Shown here: one piece after another, positions 8,971 through 18,249 of the stretch
Layout: each line of letters begins with the position of its first letter
How positions within the stretch are numbered: the first letter of the stretch is position 1
Assembly: GCA_045617905.1 (NCBI GenBank)
Contig: JAZLJO010000014.1
Location: 516-64,515, forward strand
Direction of reading: 5' to 3'
Length of the DNA stretch: 64,000 bases
From: Candidatus Enterousia sp.
GTDB taxonomy: Bacteria; Pseudomonadota; Alphaproteobacteria; Rs-D84
The notes under the pieces: generated by a model
The model's database searches: none
The model's input: only the letters and a program-made list of their open reading frames with translations
What the model was told of the DNA's origin: nothing
Position numbers and translations under genes: made by a program

Positions 8971-9704
8971 CTATTTTACTACATGATAGCTTTTGCCATC
9001 TTCGGTCCGGATATTTAATGTCCCACGCCCAGTCCCAGGTAACAAATTTACATAACATACGTTTTCTCCAAAACCAACGTTCAATGACGGCGCTATTTGT
9101 TTTTCTGAATATATTGGATATTTATATGTTTCACCTGTTCCATTCTTTATGTTAAAACTTTGCGCACCATGACCGCATAATGAACCACATGTCCCCAATT
9201 CTGTGTACACGCCACCATCGCACATAATAACACAGGTCTTTATGTCATCTGTTACCGCAAATCCGTATGAATCACAGACCGTATCTATTATTTCATAGTT
9301 TTCATATCCATTGGGACATGTATCTTCACTGGGGGCAACTATGACGTCACTGCTGACGATGGCATTGTACAAACCATCCGGACAATTACCCTTTCCATAA
9401 CTTTTACATGTCCCAGATACCATATATTGACCATCGGGACATAATATCGCATCCGTAACCATGGGCTTTACATAATCATTTGTTATTTTATAAATATCAT
9501 AACCATCGGGACATTCACCATCTGGGGCAAATATAAATGTTCCCGACACCAATTTGTCAACAATCAAATATCCATCAAAACACGAATCCAGGGCGTACGA
9601 AACATTCGAAAACAATAAAACACATGAAAAATACAGAATTTTTATCCCGGCAGAACTATACCTCTCTCTCTCTCTAGAGTTCCGCGGGTTACAGTGTTTC
9701 GCAT
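8971..9704 (-). CDS. secreted C-P-(D/N)-G-x-Y repeat protein, out of frame at an (AG)7 tract (candidate phase-variable gene, currently OFF)
   Basis: A promoter, SD and ATG at 9704 are followed by (AG)7. The ATG frame stops at 9644-9642. The long ORF (9645 to 8971) is offset by 1 nt and encodes the signal peptide KILYFSCVLLFSNVSYA, but has no ATG/GTG start of its own. Confidence 0.6.
9662..9675 (-). repeat. (AG)7 dinucleotide tract, written (CT)7 on the plus strand
   Basis: Read directly from the sequence: cc tctctctctctct agag. Confidence 0.95.
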
Positions 9705-9726
9705 TTCTTTCCTTTTCCTTGGCTTA

Positions 9727-9755
9727 ACAATAGTAAATAATCCATTTTTTGTCAA
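9727..9755 (-). promoter_or_regulatory. near-consensus sigma70 promoter for the (AG)7 gene
   Basis: On the minus strand: TTGACA (9755-9750), an exactly 17-nt spacer and TATTGT (9732-9727), about 20 nt upstream of the AAGGAAAAGGAAAG SD and the ATG at 9704. Confidence 0.55.
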
Positions 9756-9795
9756 AGCTTTTCTGGTGACATGTCATCTTTGGGTTTTAATAATT

Positions 9796-10734
9796 TTACC
9801 GCTGCTTTTTTTCATCCATAAATGATTCATTCGGAATATCTGGGGCTGTTTTCACCATATCAGTCGTAATTTCCGTTTCTGCAACAACATCTTTTTCATC
9901 TACATTTTTTATATCATCCACATTATTGTCTAACGTATTATTTGACCACGTTTGCATAATCTTCAAATTCGCAATTTGCAACATATCACGTTCCAATATA
10001 ACCGCAATATATGCATTGATATTATTAAAATTCGGGGTTTCACCTTCACATTCAGACAACACACGTGAAATCAAATCCGCCACATCAGAATCTGCCGTTT
10101 CCAAACGTTTTTTTAACCAATCGACCAATACATCTACACATTCCCCATCACCGGTCAGCATACAAAATCCACGTCCGTCTTTATCAATTACAAAACGAGA
10201 ACCTGTTGGACATATACAACGTCCAGCCCCATCTGGATATTTCGCATTATCTGGGATAAAAACCGCATCACGAATATTACAACACGCACGTCCAATTGTT
10301 GTTTCCCGACGCGACACACATGTTAACGGAGGCTTTTTTTTCTGCTTTGCTGTTGCATTATCAACACATCTGTTTCCATTCCAAAACACAGATTTATTTA
10401 TCAATCTACGCTTACATTCCAAATACTGTTGCAATTTGGAATTATTTAAACATTGAAAACATTGCGGTGTTTTTTTCCAAACACTGTCACTGATTATATA
10501 CGACCCATTGTTTTTTGGATCGGAATATATCATATCACGGGTTATATCAATTTCACGTCCCGCGTTTTCCGTTTCAGCAACGTAGACCAACAACCCATTT
10601 TTACATCCTATATTTTCATCAATACCATTTAACCAAAAATTATTTAAACCCGTAACATCACATACACGGTCTGCAAATGCAGTACGCACCAACAAAAAAC
10701 AAATAAAAAATAAACGGTTATAATGTATGTACAA
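9796..10734 (-). CDS. secreted Cys-rich protein
   Basis: 312-aa ORF with a TTG start after GAGGGG, the signal-like N-terminus YNRLFFICFLLVRTAFA, and many Cys residues (CFQC, CCNI, CICP). Confidence 0.55.
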   Translation of the reverse strand: MYIHYNRLFFICFLLVRTAFADRVCDVTGLNNFWLNGIDENIGCKNGLLVYVAETENAGREIDITRDMIYSDPKNNGSYIISDSVWKKTPQCFQCLNNSKLQQYLECKRRLINKSVFWNGNRCVDNATAKQKKKPPLTCVSRRETTIGRACCNIRDAVFIPDNAKYPDGAGRCICPTGSRFVIDKDGRGFCMLTGDGECVDVLVDWLKKRLETADSDVADLISRVLSECEGETPNFNNINAYIAVILERDMLQIANLKIMQTWSNNTLDNNVDDIKNVDEKDVVAETEITTDMVKTAPDIPNESFMDEKKQR

Positions 10735-10822
10735 ATCCCCCTCACTCTAGATATAGCATATATACAAAATTTACCGACATAAATACAAGTATTTTTTATG
10801 GCTCAATCAATAAATATCTGTT

Positions 10823-11548
10823 TTAATCCTTTGACAAATATGGGAAATGAATTTCATCGCCATAAACGAAATACATATTATCATCACGTTCTAAAATAAC
10901 CGCACCATCATCATTAATCCCGGTAAATTTATACATCTGCCCACGATATTCGACATTTCCATTTAAACCAATTGCCGATTCCATCCATCGGTCACGAACA
11001 TTATCAAATGATGCATCCAACCATATATCCATATTTTTTAATAATCGTGACAATAATTCTGATTGCAAAACATCCGCATAATTTTCCAATTTTGTTGTTT
11101 TATAACCAGAAACGGTTGGATTCGATTTTATATTCACCCCAATACCAACAACAACATAATCACCAACAAATTCAATCAAAACACCACAAACCTTTTGCCC
11201 TGCAATCAATATATCATTTGGCCATTTTATTTGTGCGTCCACACCAAACGATTTGATTGTTTCCGCAACCGCAACCGCAACGGAATATGCAATTTGTGGC
11301 CGACGAACAGGTGCATCATAAATTATACTGATATACAAATTACCATGATGCGAAACCCACGAACGGTTATACCGCCCATACCCCGCCGATTGAGCTGCAG
11401 CACATATAACCATGCAATTTTCCGCGTTTCCACGTTCAATCAACCCATGTGCGTATGTTTGGGTACTGGGGATTTTATCAAACATCAATACTTTATATCC
11501 GGCCAATGGTATAAATTCCGTCGTTTTGTAAAATGAAATCCCGACCAT
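10823..11548 (-). CDS. birA: biotin--[acetyl-CoA-carboxylase] ligase
   Basis: FDKIPSTQTYA, AAAQSAGYGRYNRSWVSHHGNLYIS (the GRGRxGRxW-type biotin-binding loop) and KWPNDIL. The start is uncertain: 11548 overlaps the upstream ORF, and 11485 is the alternative. Confidence 0.8.
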   Translation of the reverse strand: MVGISFYKTTEFIPLAGYKVLMFDKIPSTQTYAHGLIERGNAENCMVICAAAQSAGYGRYNRSWVSHHGNLYISIIYDAPVRRPQIAYSVAVAVAETIKSFGVDAQIKWPNDILIAGQKVCGVLIEFVGDYVVVGIGVNIKSNPTVSGYKTTKLENYADVLQSELLSRLLKNMDIWLDASFDNVRDRWMESAIGLNGNVEYRGQMYKFTGINDDGAVILERDDNMYFVYGDEIHFPYLSKD

Positions 11549-11912
11549 ATTTGTGTCGCAATTGATAAATCGCGGTATCAACCGCATGTGTCGAGGCATC
11601 CGGCGAATACCCCAGTGCAACTTTTAAATCATTTGCACCAACACCACCGCTTTTATCCAATATGGCAATAATCTGTTCCTGCATTGGTGACAATGACACC
11701 GGACGACCAAAAATTTTACGAATAATCTTTGAACGGTCCATGGCATTTAATACCGCAATCTGCAAATCCATAATATCAACCGGCCGCGGTATATCTAAAA
11801 CATCCATATTTACATCGGCAGTATTTGGCACATCCAACACAACCGCCCCCAAATCAACCAAAATTTGTCGCCAAAACACATCGGATGAAAAAATTCTAAT
11901 TCCGTCAAACAT
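11493..11912 (-). CDS. winged-helix (OmpR/PhoB C-terminal-type) DNA-binding protein without a receiver domain
   Basis: The C-terminal LSPMQEQIIAILDKSGG...HAVDTAIYQLRHKYGRDFI pattern is typical of trans_reg_C domains. Start chosen at MFDGIRIF. Confidence 0.5.
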   Translation of the reverse strand: MFDGIRIFSSDVFWRQILVDLGAVVLDVPNTADVNMDVLDIPRPVDIMDLQIAVLNAMDRSKIIRKIFGRPVSLSPMQEQIIAILDKSGGVGANDLKVALGYSPDASTHAVDTAIYQLRHKYGRDFILQNDGIYTIGRI

Positions 11913-11949
11913 TACCCACAGAATAATACACATGCATAACAAATGTCCA

Positions 11950-11978
11950 TAAAAAATACAGTCCCATAACAGGACTGT
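11950..11978 (-). terminator. rho-independent terminator
   Basis: On the minus strand: ACAGTCC-tgttatg-GGACTGT followed by ATTTTTT. Confidence 0.7.
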
Positions 11979-11992
11979 GTTCTAATCTAAAA

Positions 11993-12238
11993 TTAATCGT
12001 GTTTTTTTGTATCTATGTATTTTGTAAAATCTTGTATTTTCGCACCAGTCGACGATAAAATTTTTGAAATACTGTTGGTTGATGGCCAACGTGGCTGTCC
12101 CGCCCTGGACCAACGTTTACTTTTGTTAAATGTTGTTGGATCTAAACCGCTGCTTTTTGCCAATCCCGAACATGACATACCATGTTCAGACGCGAATCGC
12201 TCTATTGCCCGCCATACATCATCATGTGTCATTTTCAT
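11993..12238 (-). CDS. small HTH protein resembling the N-terminal domain of alphaproteobacterial LexA/S24-type repressors
   Basis: THDDVWRAIERFASEHGMSCSGLAKSSGLDPTTFNKSKR...RWPSTNSISKIL matches a widely conserved alphaproteobacterial HTH pattern from memory. Confidence 0.6.
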   Translation of the reverse strand: MKMTHDDVWRAIERFASEHGMSCSGLAKSSGLDPTTFNKSKRWSRAGQPRWPSTNSISKILSSTGAKIQDFTKYIDTKKHD

Positions 12239-12412
12239 CCCCTTTTTTTAAGAAATTCTGTCATAGGTCCTTCACCTATGTAATAAATTTTATTCCCAAA
12301 CACTACTTTTTTTCAACAGGTCGCATTTCCTAAAAACCGCTAAAAACCGCCATTTTTCACAAAAAATTTCCGGCCAATAATAATTGGCCAAAAAATTTTT
12401 TGACAATTATTC

Positions 12413-12441
12413 TTGACAAATCAAATTTAATGTATTACATT
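12413..12441 (+). promoter_or_regulatory. candidate promoter of the intergenic RNA
   Basis: TTGACA (12413-12418), a 17-nt spacer and TACATT (12436-12441). A second TTGACA lies at 12400-12405, and an A/T-rich UP-like tract is upstream. Confidence 0.45.
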
Positions 12442-12447
12442 TCGATT

Positions 12448-12640
12448 CGTCAAAGGAACAAAACCGATGACCAGGTGATAACACCTGTGGGGCCCGGGGA
12501 TTCAGACTCCCTCCTACATTCTCTCTCCTCTGGACCTTGGACCCCAAACATTTTTAGTTTAGAATGCCCATTTCTTTTTCTCCTTTCCTTCCTTTCGGGG
12601 CATTCGGAAACACCCCGGGGCAACCCGGGGTGCTTTTTTT
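12448..12640 (+). ncRNA. candidate ~190-nt structured small RNA with CU-rich (anti-SD-like) loops
   Basis: It is bounded by the promoter above and a strong terminator. It is locally GC-rich in an AT-rich genome. It contains the hairpin CAGGTG-ATAA-CACCTG (12472-12487), the CU-rich stretches CTCCCTCC and CTCTCTCCTC, and the hairpin GAATGCCC / GGGCATTC (12562-12605) enclosing a 28-nt CU-rich loop. Confidence 0.45.
12611..12640 (+). terminator. rho-independent terminator
   Basis: CACCCCGG-ggcaac-CCGGGGTG followed by CTTTTTTT. Confidence 0.85.
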
Positions 12641-12687
12641 ATATTTTTGCGGTTTTCTGCAAAAAATTACCGATTCGGCTTTTTGTA

Positions 12688-12696
12688 TGGTATAAT
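12688..12696 (+). promoter_or_regulatory. extended -10 promoter element of clpP
   Basis: TGGTATAAT lies about 30 nt upstream of the clpP ATG and downstream of the preceding terminator. Confidence 0.5.
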
Positions 12697-12726
12697 ATAC
12701 CCAAATAAACTAAAGGATTATAAGTT

Positions 12727-13308
12727 ATGGCATTAATACCAATGGTTATCGAAGAATCACCACGTGGTGAACGTTCGTTTGATATTTATTCACGTTTATT
12801 ACGTGATCGTATCGTTATGATTTGTGGTCAAATCGAACCAAATATGGCAAACAGTATCGTTGCACAGTTATTGTTTTTGGAATCTGAAAACCCAAATGCA
12901 GAAATTTCTGTTTATATCAACAGCCCTGGCGGTGACGTCAGTGCAGGTTGGGCAATTATGGATACAATGCAATATATAAAATCACCTGTATCAACGATTG
13001 GTATGGGTTTGGTGGCATCCATGGGGTCTGTTTTATTGGCAGCTGGAACCAAAGGCAAACGTTTTGCACTACCAAACACCAGTATCATGATTCATCAACC
13101 ACTTAGTGGTTTTGAAGGTCAGGTAACTGATATGGAAATTCGTATGCGCGAAGCACAACGTACAAAACAAACGTTAATTCGTCAAATGTCAGATTTTACA
13201 GGACGCGATGAACAAGAATTGTTCAATGCAATGGAACGTGATAATTGGATGCAACCTGAACAGGCCAAAGAATTTGGTTTGATTGATGGTGTTTTGCAAC
13301 GTAAATAA
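12727..13308 (+). CDS. clpP: ATP-dependent Clp protease proteolytic subunit
   Basis: [16 protein letters not shown], the GLVASMGS catalytic Ser context and IMIHQP for the His. Full length, 193 aa. Confidence 0.97.
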   Translation: MALIPMVIEESPRGERSFDIYSRLLRDRIVMICGQIEPNMANSIVAQLLFLESENPNAEISVYINSPGGDVSAGWAIMDTMQYIKSPVSTIGMGLVASMGSVLLAAGTKGKRFALPNTSIMIHQPLSGFEGQVTDMEIRMREAQRTKQTLIRQMSDFTGRDEQELFNAMERDNWMQPEQAKEFGLIDGVLQRK

Positions 13309-13326
13309 TTTAAACGGGATTTTAAG

Positions 13327-14598
13327 ATGAGTAATGATAAAAACCAAACACCAACCGACAATCAAAAACAATCCGGACAGTTTTGCAGTTTTTGTGGTAA
13401 AGCTGTACACGAGGTTAAAAAATTAGTCAGTGGGCGCAATGTTTGTATATGTGATGAATGTATAAATCTGTGCAATGATATTATGGCTGAAGATTTAAAT
13501 TCAACCGTAAATCAAAGTGCAGAAAAATTACCAACACCATCACAAATTTACAAGGTGTTAAACGACTATGTAATCGGACAAGATTCTGCCAAACGTGCAC
13601 TATCTGTTGCGGTATATAACCATTATAAACGCCACAGTGCTGCATTAAAAACAAATGTTGAAATACAAAAATCAAACATTTTAGTTATTGGTCCAACAGG
13701 AACAGGTAAAACATTATTTGCACAGACATTGGCACGCGTTTTGGATGTTCCATTTGCAATTGCAGATGCCACCACATTAACCGAAGCAGGATACGTTGGT
13801 GATGACGTTGAAAGCGTTTTAACCCGTTTACTGCAAAACGCAAATTTTGATGTAGAACGTGCCAGTCGTGGAATAATCTATATTGATGAAATTGATAAAA
13901 TTTCACGCAAATCAGAAAATCCATCATTAACACGTGACGTATCCGGCGAAGGAGTTCAACAGGCATTACTTAAATTAATCGAAGGAACAGTTGCAAATGT
14001 TCCAGCAGGTGGTGCTGGCCGCAAACACCCGGGTGAAGCAACTGTTCAATTAGATACATCAAAAATATTATTTATCTGCGGTGGGGCATTTGATGGTTTA
14101 AATAAAATAATTGCATCACGAAAATGCGAACGTGCGGGTATCGGATTCGGTGCAAATGTTCAATCAAAAAAAGAACGCGATGCAAAATCATATCTGGATG
14201 ATGTAGAACCTGCGGATTTGGTAAAATTCGGCATTATTCCAGAATTAGTCGGACGTATGCCCGTAATTACAACATTGCAAGATTTAGACGAAAATGCATT
14301 GGTAAAAATTTTAACAGAACCCAAAAACGCAATTGTAAAACAATATGCAGCCATGTTGGAAATGGATGGTGTAAAATTAACAATTACAGATGACGGTTTA
14401 CGTGAGATTGCCAAATTGGCCACCGCACGAAAAACTGGGGCACGTGGTCTGCGCAGCATATTGGAAAAAATATTATTAACACCAATGTTTAATGCACCAG
14501 ACAATACGGAATTGGTCGAAATCGTGATTGATAAGAGTGTTGTTTTGGGCAAAAAAGCCCCTATTGAAATATTACATGATTCGAAACGTGTCGCATAA
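13327..14598 (+). CDS. clpX: ATP-dependent Clp protease ATP-binding subunit ClpX
   Basis: C4 zinc finger (CSFCGK...CDEC), Walker A GPTGTGKT, Walker [10 protein letters not shown], sensor/IGF-loop regions, and GARGLRSI. Confidence 0.97.
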   Translation: MSNDKNQTPTDNQKQSGQFCSFCGKAVHEVKKLVSGRNVCICDECINLCNDIMAEDLNSTVNQSAEKLPTPSQIYKVLNDYVIGQDSAKRALSVAVYNHYKRHSAALKTNVEIQKSNILVIGPTGTGKTLFAQTLARVLDVPFAIADATTLTEAGYVGDDVESVLTRLLQNANFDVERASRGIIYIDEIDKISRKSENPSLTRDVSGEGVQQALLKLIEGTVANVPAGGAGRKHPGEATVQLDTSKILFICGGAFDGLNKIIASRKCERAGIGFGANVQSKKERDAKSYLDDVEPADLVKFGIIPELVGRMPVITTLQDLDENALVKILTEPKNAIVKQYAAMLEMDGVKLTITDDGLREIAKLATARKTGARGLRSILEKILLTPMFNAPDNTELVEIVIDKSVVLGKKAPIEILHDSKRVA

Positions 14599-14600
14599 AA

Positions 14601-14631
14601 AACAACCGGCAAAAATGCCGGTTGTTTTTTT
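14601..14631. terminator. bidirectional rho-independent terminator (clpX / priA convergent)
   Basis: AACAACCGGC-aaaaat-GCCGGTTGTT with T-runs on both strands. Confidence 0.85.
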
Positions 14632-14638
14632 ATAAAAA

Positions 14639-16849
14639 TCACATAAAATTCTGCGGTCCAACATCAATTTTTATTCTAATATTTACGGGCACTTTAACAT
14701 TCGAAATCCAATGTGCAACCAATGGTTGCAATAATGCATTTTGCCCACCGGCAATTAAAAAACGCATACGATACCAATTTCTGATTTGATATACTTGGGC
14801 CACAATTGGCCCCATTATTTTTACACCATCTGCATGTGGGGCACTGTGTGCCAATGCGTTACAAAATTGTTGTAATACATTTTCTTTTTTTCCTTCAACA
14901 ATCAACGCAATTAATTGTCCAAATGGTGGCATTTGGGCACTGCGACGGGCAAGCATATCATTTTTCATAAACGTATCCCTGTCGCCAGCGCAAATTGCCG
15001 TCAACACTGGATGTTCCGGTTGATACGTTTGTAACAATACCCGTCCAGGAAATTCACCTCGCCCAGCCCGGCCTGCAACCTGAAATAATTGTTGGAAAGT
15101 GTGTTCAGCCGCACGAAAATCCGTTCCAAACAACCCCATATCTGCATCAATAACCCCAACCAATGTTAAATTAGGGAAATGATGTCCTTTGGCTAAAATT
15201 TGCGTTCCAATTACAATATCTATTTCACCGTTTTCCATTTTTGTAACAATACGTTCCAAACTTTGACGCGAACTAATCGTATCACTGGATACCAATGCAA
15301 CACGTGCGGTGGGAATGCGTGCAGAAATTTCTTCGGCAATTTTTTCCAATCCAGCCCCACGCATAGATGTTTCACCACCACAATCGGGACAAACATTTGG
15401 TAATGGTGCAATACGTCCACACATATGACACAACATTTTTCCCAACCGTTGATGATATGTCATTCCAACACTGCAATCAGGACATTGTGCATTCCACCCA
15501 CATTTTTTACATTGAATAATCGGTGCATAACCACGCCGATTTACAAATAACATTACCTGTCGGCCTGCACTTAATGTTTCACAAATTGCATCACATAACA
15601 CCGGAGACAACATTCCAGGATATGTTTTATCATCATTATCGGTCGATAACCGATATTCTGTTGGACGATATTCACGCATATCGATCGTTTCAATTTTAGG
15701 TAACGCGGCACCACCAAACCGTGATGTTAACCGCAAATGATTGTATTTTCCAACAATAGCATTTTGCAATGTTTCTGCAGATGGGGTAGCACTGGCCAAT
15801 ACAATTGGAAAACCAGATATTTTTGCACGCAACACTGCCATATCACGTGCATGATAATTTCCCATATCTTCCTGTTTATATGATGTATCATGTTCTTCAT
15901 CTACAACAATTAATCCCAAATTTTGCCATGGCAAAAACAATGCACTGCGTGTTCCAACAACCATACGAATATCACCACGCATTACACCACGCCATATATC
16001 ACGACGACGGACGGCTGTTAAATTACTGTGCCAAACCACAGGGGGGGCACCAAAACGTTTTTCAAAACGCGACATAAATTGCGCAGTCAATGCAATTTCT
16101 GGCATCATTAATAAAACAGAGGCACCACGATTATATGCACACCATGCAGCATCAAAATATACCTGGGTTTTACCACTGCCCGTAATTCCATCCAACAAAT
16201 GCGCTGAATATCCGCCATGTTCAATTGCTGTCTCTATTGATTGAGCAGCGGCCGCTTGTTCAGAATTTAAAACAACATTGGCCATATCGTGATATTGATA
16301 TATAAATTGGTTATCATTTTTTGGGCGTTTTATAGTTGCAACCAATGCACCAGAATCAATCATTGAACGAACAACCGTTGAACTAACCCTGGCAATATTT
16401 TGAATATCAGACGCAGACATCGCATCCCCATCATTTGACGCAAATGCATCGGCAACCGCCTGACGATTGGTGGTCATACGAATTTTTTCAGATAAATTGA
16501 ATTCATATAATTGTTCCTGTTTCGGGGGTAAAAATGCATCTGGAACATTTAATATCATACGTAACACCGCCCCAGGGGCCATCAACGTCCAATCGGACAT
16601 TTTTTTTATCCACTGTAAATCTGTAATATCCAATCCCATACCCGATATTGGGGTTGCTGATTTTATTTTTTCGTTCGGCAAATTACTGTCCCCTGGCCCC
16701 CAAACAACACCAACATATTGTCTGTTCATAACACGACATTCACAAAACGTTCCAAAATCTGCACAATCCGTCAATCGGTAATCATAACCGGTATTTACCA
16801 CATTCGGTAATAATATTTTAACAATATCGCCAGATTTAAACATAACCAC
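14639..16849 (-). CDS. priA: primosomal protein N' (replication restart helicase PriA)
   Basis: Walker A GITGSGKT, the DEEH box VVDEEHD, and two Cys4 zinc clusters (CKKCGW..CPDC, CHMCG..CPDCG). The start is GTG 16849 or ATG 16843. Confidence 0.93.
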   Translation of the reverse strand: MVMFKSGDIVKILLPNVVNTGYDYRLTDCADFGTFCECRVMNRQYVGVVWGPGDSNLPNEKIKSATPISGMGLDITDLQWIKKMSDWTLMAPGAVLRMILNVPDAFLPPKQEQLYEFNLSEKIRMTTNRQAVADAFASNDGDAMSASDIQNIARVSSTVVRSMIDSGALVATIKRPKNDNQFIYQYHDMANVVLNSEQAAAAQSIETAIEHGGYSAHLLDGITGSGKTQVYFDAAWCAYNRGASVLLMMPEIALTAQFMSRFEKRFGAPPVVWHSNLTAVRRRDIWRGVMRGDIRMVVGTRSALFLPWQNLGLIVVDEEHDTSYKQEDMGNYHARDMAVLRAKISGFPIVLASATPSAETLQNAIVGKYNHLRLTSRFGGAALPKIETIDMREYRPTEYRLSTDNDDKTYPGMLSPVLCDAICETLSAGRQVMLFVNRRGYAPIIQCKKCGWNAQCPDCSVGMTYHQRLGKMLCHMCGRIAPLPNVCPDCGGETSMRGAGLEKIAEEISARIPTARVALVSSDTISSRQSLERIVTKMENGEIDIVIGTQILAKGHHFPNLTLVGVIDADMGLFGTDFRAAEHTFQQLFQVAGRAGRGEFPGRVLLQTYQPEHPVLTAICAGDRDTFMKNDMLARRSAQMPPFGQLIALIVEGKKENVLQQFCNALAHSAPHADGVKIMGPIVAQVYQIRNWYRMRFLIAGGQNALLQPLVAHWISNVKVPVNIRIKIDVGPQNFM

Positions 16850-16902
16850 AAAATACTTGTTTTTTTTTATTTTTTCAATACGATTGTTACCAAGGATTTA
16901 AT

Positions 16903-17625
16903 ATGTTATGGAAAATATTTTTTTTAGGTTTGGATTTTCTATGTAATTTTATTCCACACCGTAATACACGCAAACATATCCGAATACATGTACTGTATGA
17001 TTGGCGAAAAAAATTCAAAGCATTACGTGCAGCATATCCTGAATTACATTTTCGACATTTCCGCATTATCAAGGGCGGTTGGAATATCGGCTTTATCATA
17101 GACAACAAATATGTTTTTAAGATACGTAAATTTTACGATAACACCATCCCTGCCCAACGGATTGAACGTGAACAAAGAATAACAAACGCATTCGCAAACA
17201 TTGTAAATTTACGTATTCCGCATATTGAAATTGTAAAAACCGGTGGATATACATTTTATAAATATGATTTTATCCCTGGTAAAAATTTAACTACTTTTTC
17301 ACAAAACGTTATTAACAACAATGCAAAAAAATGGGCACATACGTTGGCACAATTCATTTTTTTAATGCACAATGCACGTCCAACGGGTATTGACGATTTA
17401 CGTGACATGGATGGTGATGGGTGGAATCATAATGATATTTGCAATAACATTTTGGTTGATAAAAAAACAATGGAAGTTGTTGGTTTAATTGATTGGGAAT
17501 ATTCCGGATGGGGAACACTAGAAACCGAAATTGCCAATTGTACCAGATTTTCAAAGAAAATGCGTGCATCCGGTATAAACGATATGATACAATCAGAATA
17601 TGAAGCATTATGCAAAAACAAATAA
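16903..17625 (+). CDS. aminoglycoside/choline-kinase-like phosphotransferase (APH family fold)
   Basis: The Brenner-type catalytic segment WNHNDICNNILVD is followed by GLIDWEYSGWG. An AAGGAT SD precedes the ATG. Confidence 0.6.
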   Translation: MLWKIFFLGLDFLCNFIPHRNTRKHIRIHVLYDWRKKFKALRAAYPELHFRHFRIIKGGWNIGFIIDNKYVFKIRKFYDNTIPAQRIEREQRITNAFANIVNLRIPHIEIVKTGGYTFYKYDFIPGKNLTTFSQNVINNNAKKWAHTLAQFIFLMHNARPTGIDDLRDMDGDGWNHNDICNNILVDKKTMEVVGLIDWEYSGWGTLETEIANCTRFSKKMRASGINDMIQSEYEALCKNK

Positions 17626-17637
17626 AGGCATTGATTT

Positions 17638-18108
17638 ATGAACCCCCAAAATCCAATTACAAGCATTTTTCAAGATTATAAAAAAATGATGCGCATAACC
17701 GCATTCTTGAATGCAAAAAGAAACCAAGACAAACAAATAAACGGTCGTGATTGGCGCAAACATATCGAATATTCCACAAAAATGGAAGAATTCATAATTA
17801 ATGATACAAAAAAATTTATTACAAAACAGATTGAAAACACGAAAACAACAACCAATTTAAGACAAATTCGTCGTTTGGTTAACCGCATTGCACACTATTT
17901 ATCTGTATATAAAATGCGTGACGTAAAATTTGATAATGCACCACAGTCCCAATTAATCAAACAAAAACGAACACAAATAAAAAAACTGCTGATAAGGACA
18001 TTATACACGGAATTACCCGCTGTTAATAGATTGCGCAAAACAAAGATAACAACTAAGAAAAAACCGTTAGTATATATAGAATTATTATCAGTAAGCCAAT
18101 CCAGATAA
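17638..18108 (+). CDS. hypothetical basic protein (paralog pair member 1)
   Basis: 156-aa ORF that shares the N-terminal IFQDY.K and W.K...YS.K.E blocks with 18250-18762, and has a Lys/Arg-rich C-terminus. Confidence 0.45.
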   Translation: MNPQNPITSIFQDYKKMMRITAFLNAKRNQDKQINGRDWRKHIEYSTKMEEFIINDTKKFITKQIENTKTTTNLRQIRRLVNRIAHYLSVYKMRDVKFDNAPQSQLIKQKRTQIKKLLIRTLYTELPAVNRLRKTKITTKKKPLVYIELLSVSQSR

Positions 18109-18249
18109 ACAACGCACAAGCACTAAAAAAACTATCAGAATATATTTTATACATATTATGTCAATGCATGTAAGATATATAGCAATAAAAAAACTTGACA
18201 ACTTACCATTTAGTATTAAAATACAATCACATGATTAAACGGAGGTAAT

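Noticed and set aside
9696-9704. A 9-nt perfect complementarity between the candidate sRNA loop (CATTTCTTT, 12569-12577) and the start-codon region AAAGAAATG of the (AG)7 gene.
   Set aside because: A 9-mer match is expected by chance about once in a window of this size and composition, and any CU-rich loop matches purine-rich SD regions. It is not evidence of targeting.
10334-10341. An A8 homopolymer (T8 on the plus strand) inside the Cys-rich gene 9796-10734 as a second slippage site.
   Set aside because: The tract encodes an in-frame KKK and lies mid-gene. A/T runs of this length are frequent in this AT-rich sequence, so there is no specific support.
12448-12640. Whether the intergenic RNA is tmRNA (the two-piece alphaproteobacterial form), SRP RNA or 6S RNA.
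   Set aside because: A T-arm-like GGGGA-TTCAGAC-TCCCT exists, but no acceptor strand or CCA follows it and there is no tag reading frame. The SRP domain IV consensus (GGAA tetraloop with AGCA motifs) is absent. A 6S fold cannot be judged by eye. I therefore left it as an unnamed candidate.
12400-12708. A 102-aa ORF in the track (TTG start) covering the clpP upstream region.
   Set aside because: Its start codon is the -35 hexamer of a promoter. It runs through two strong hairpins and a terminator, and it has no SD. The region is better explained as a structured RNA.
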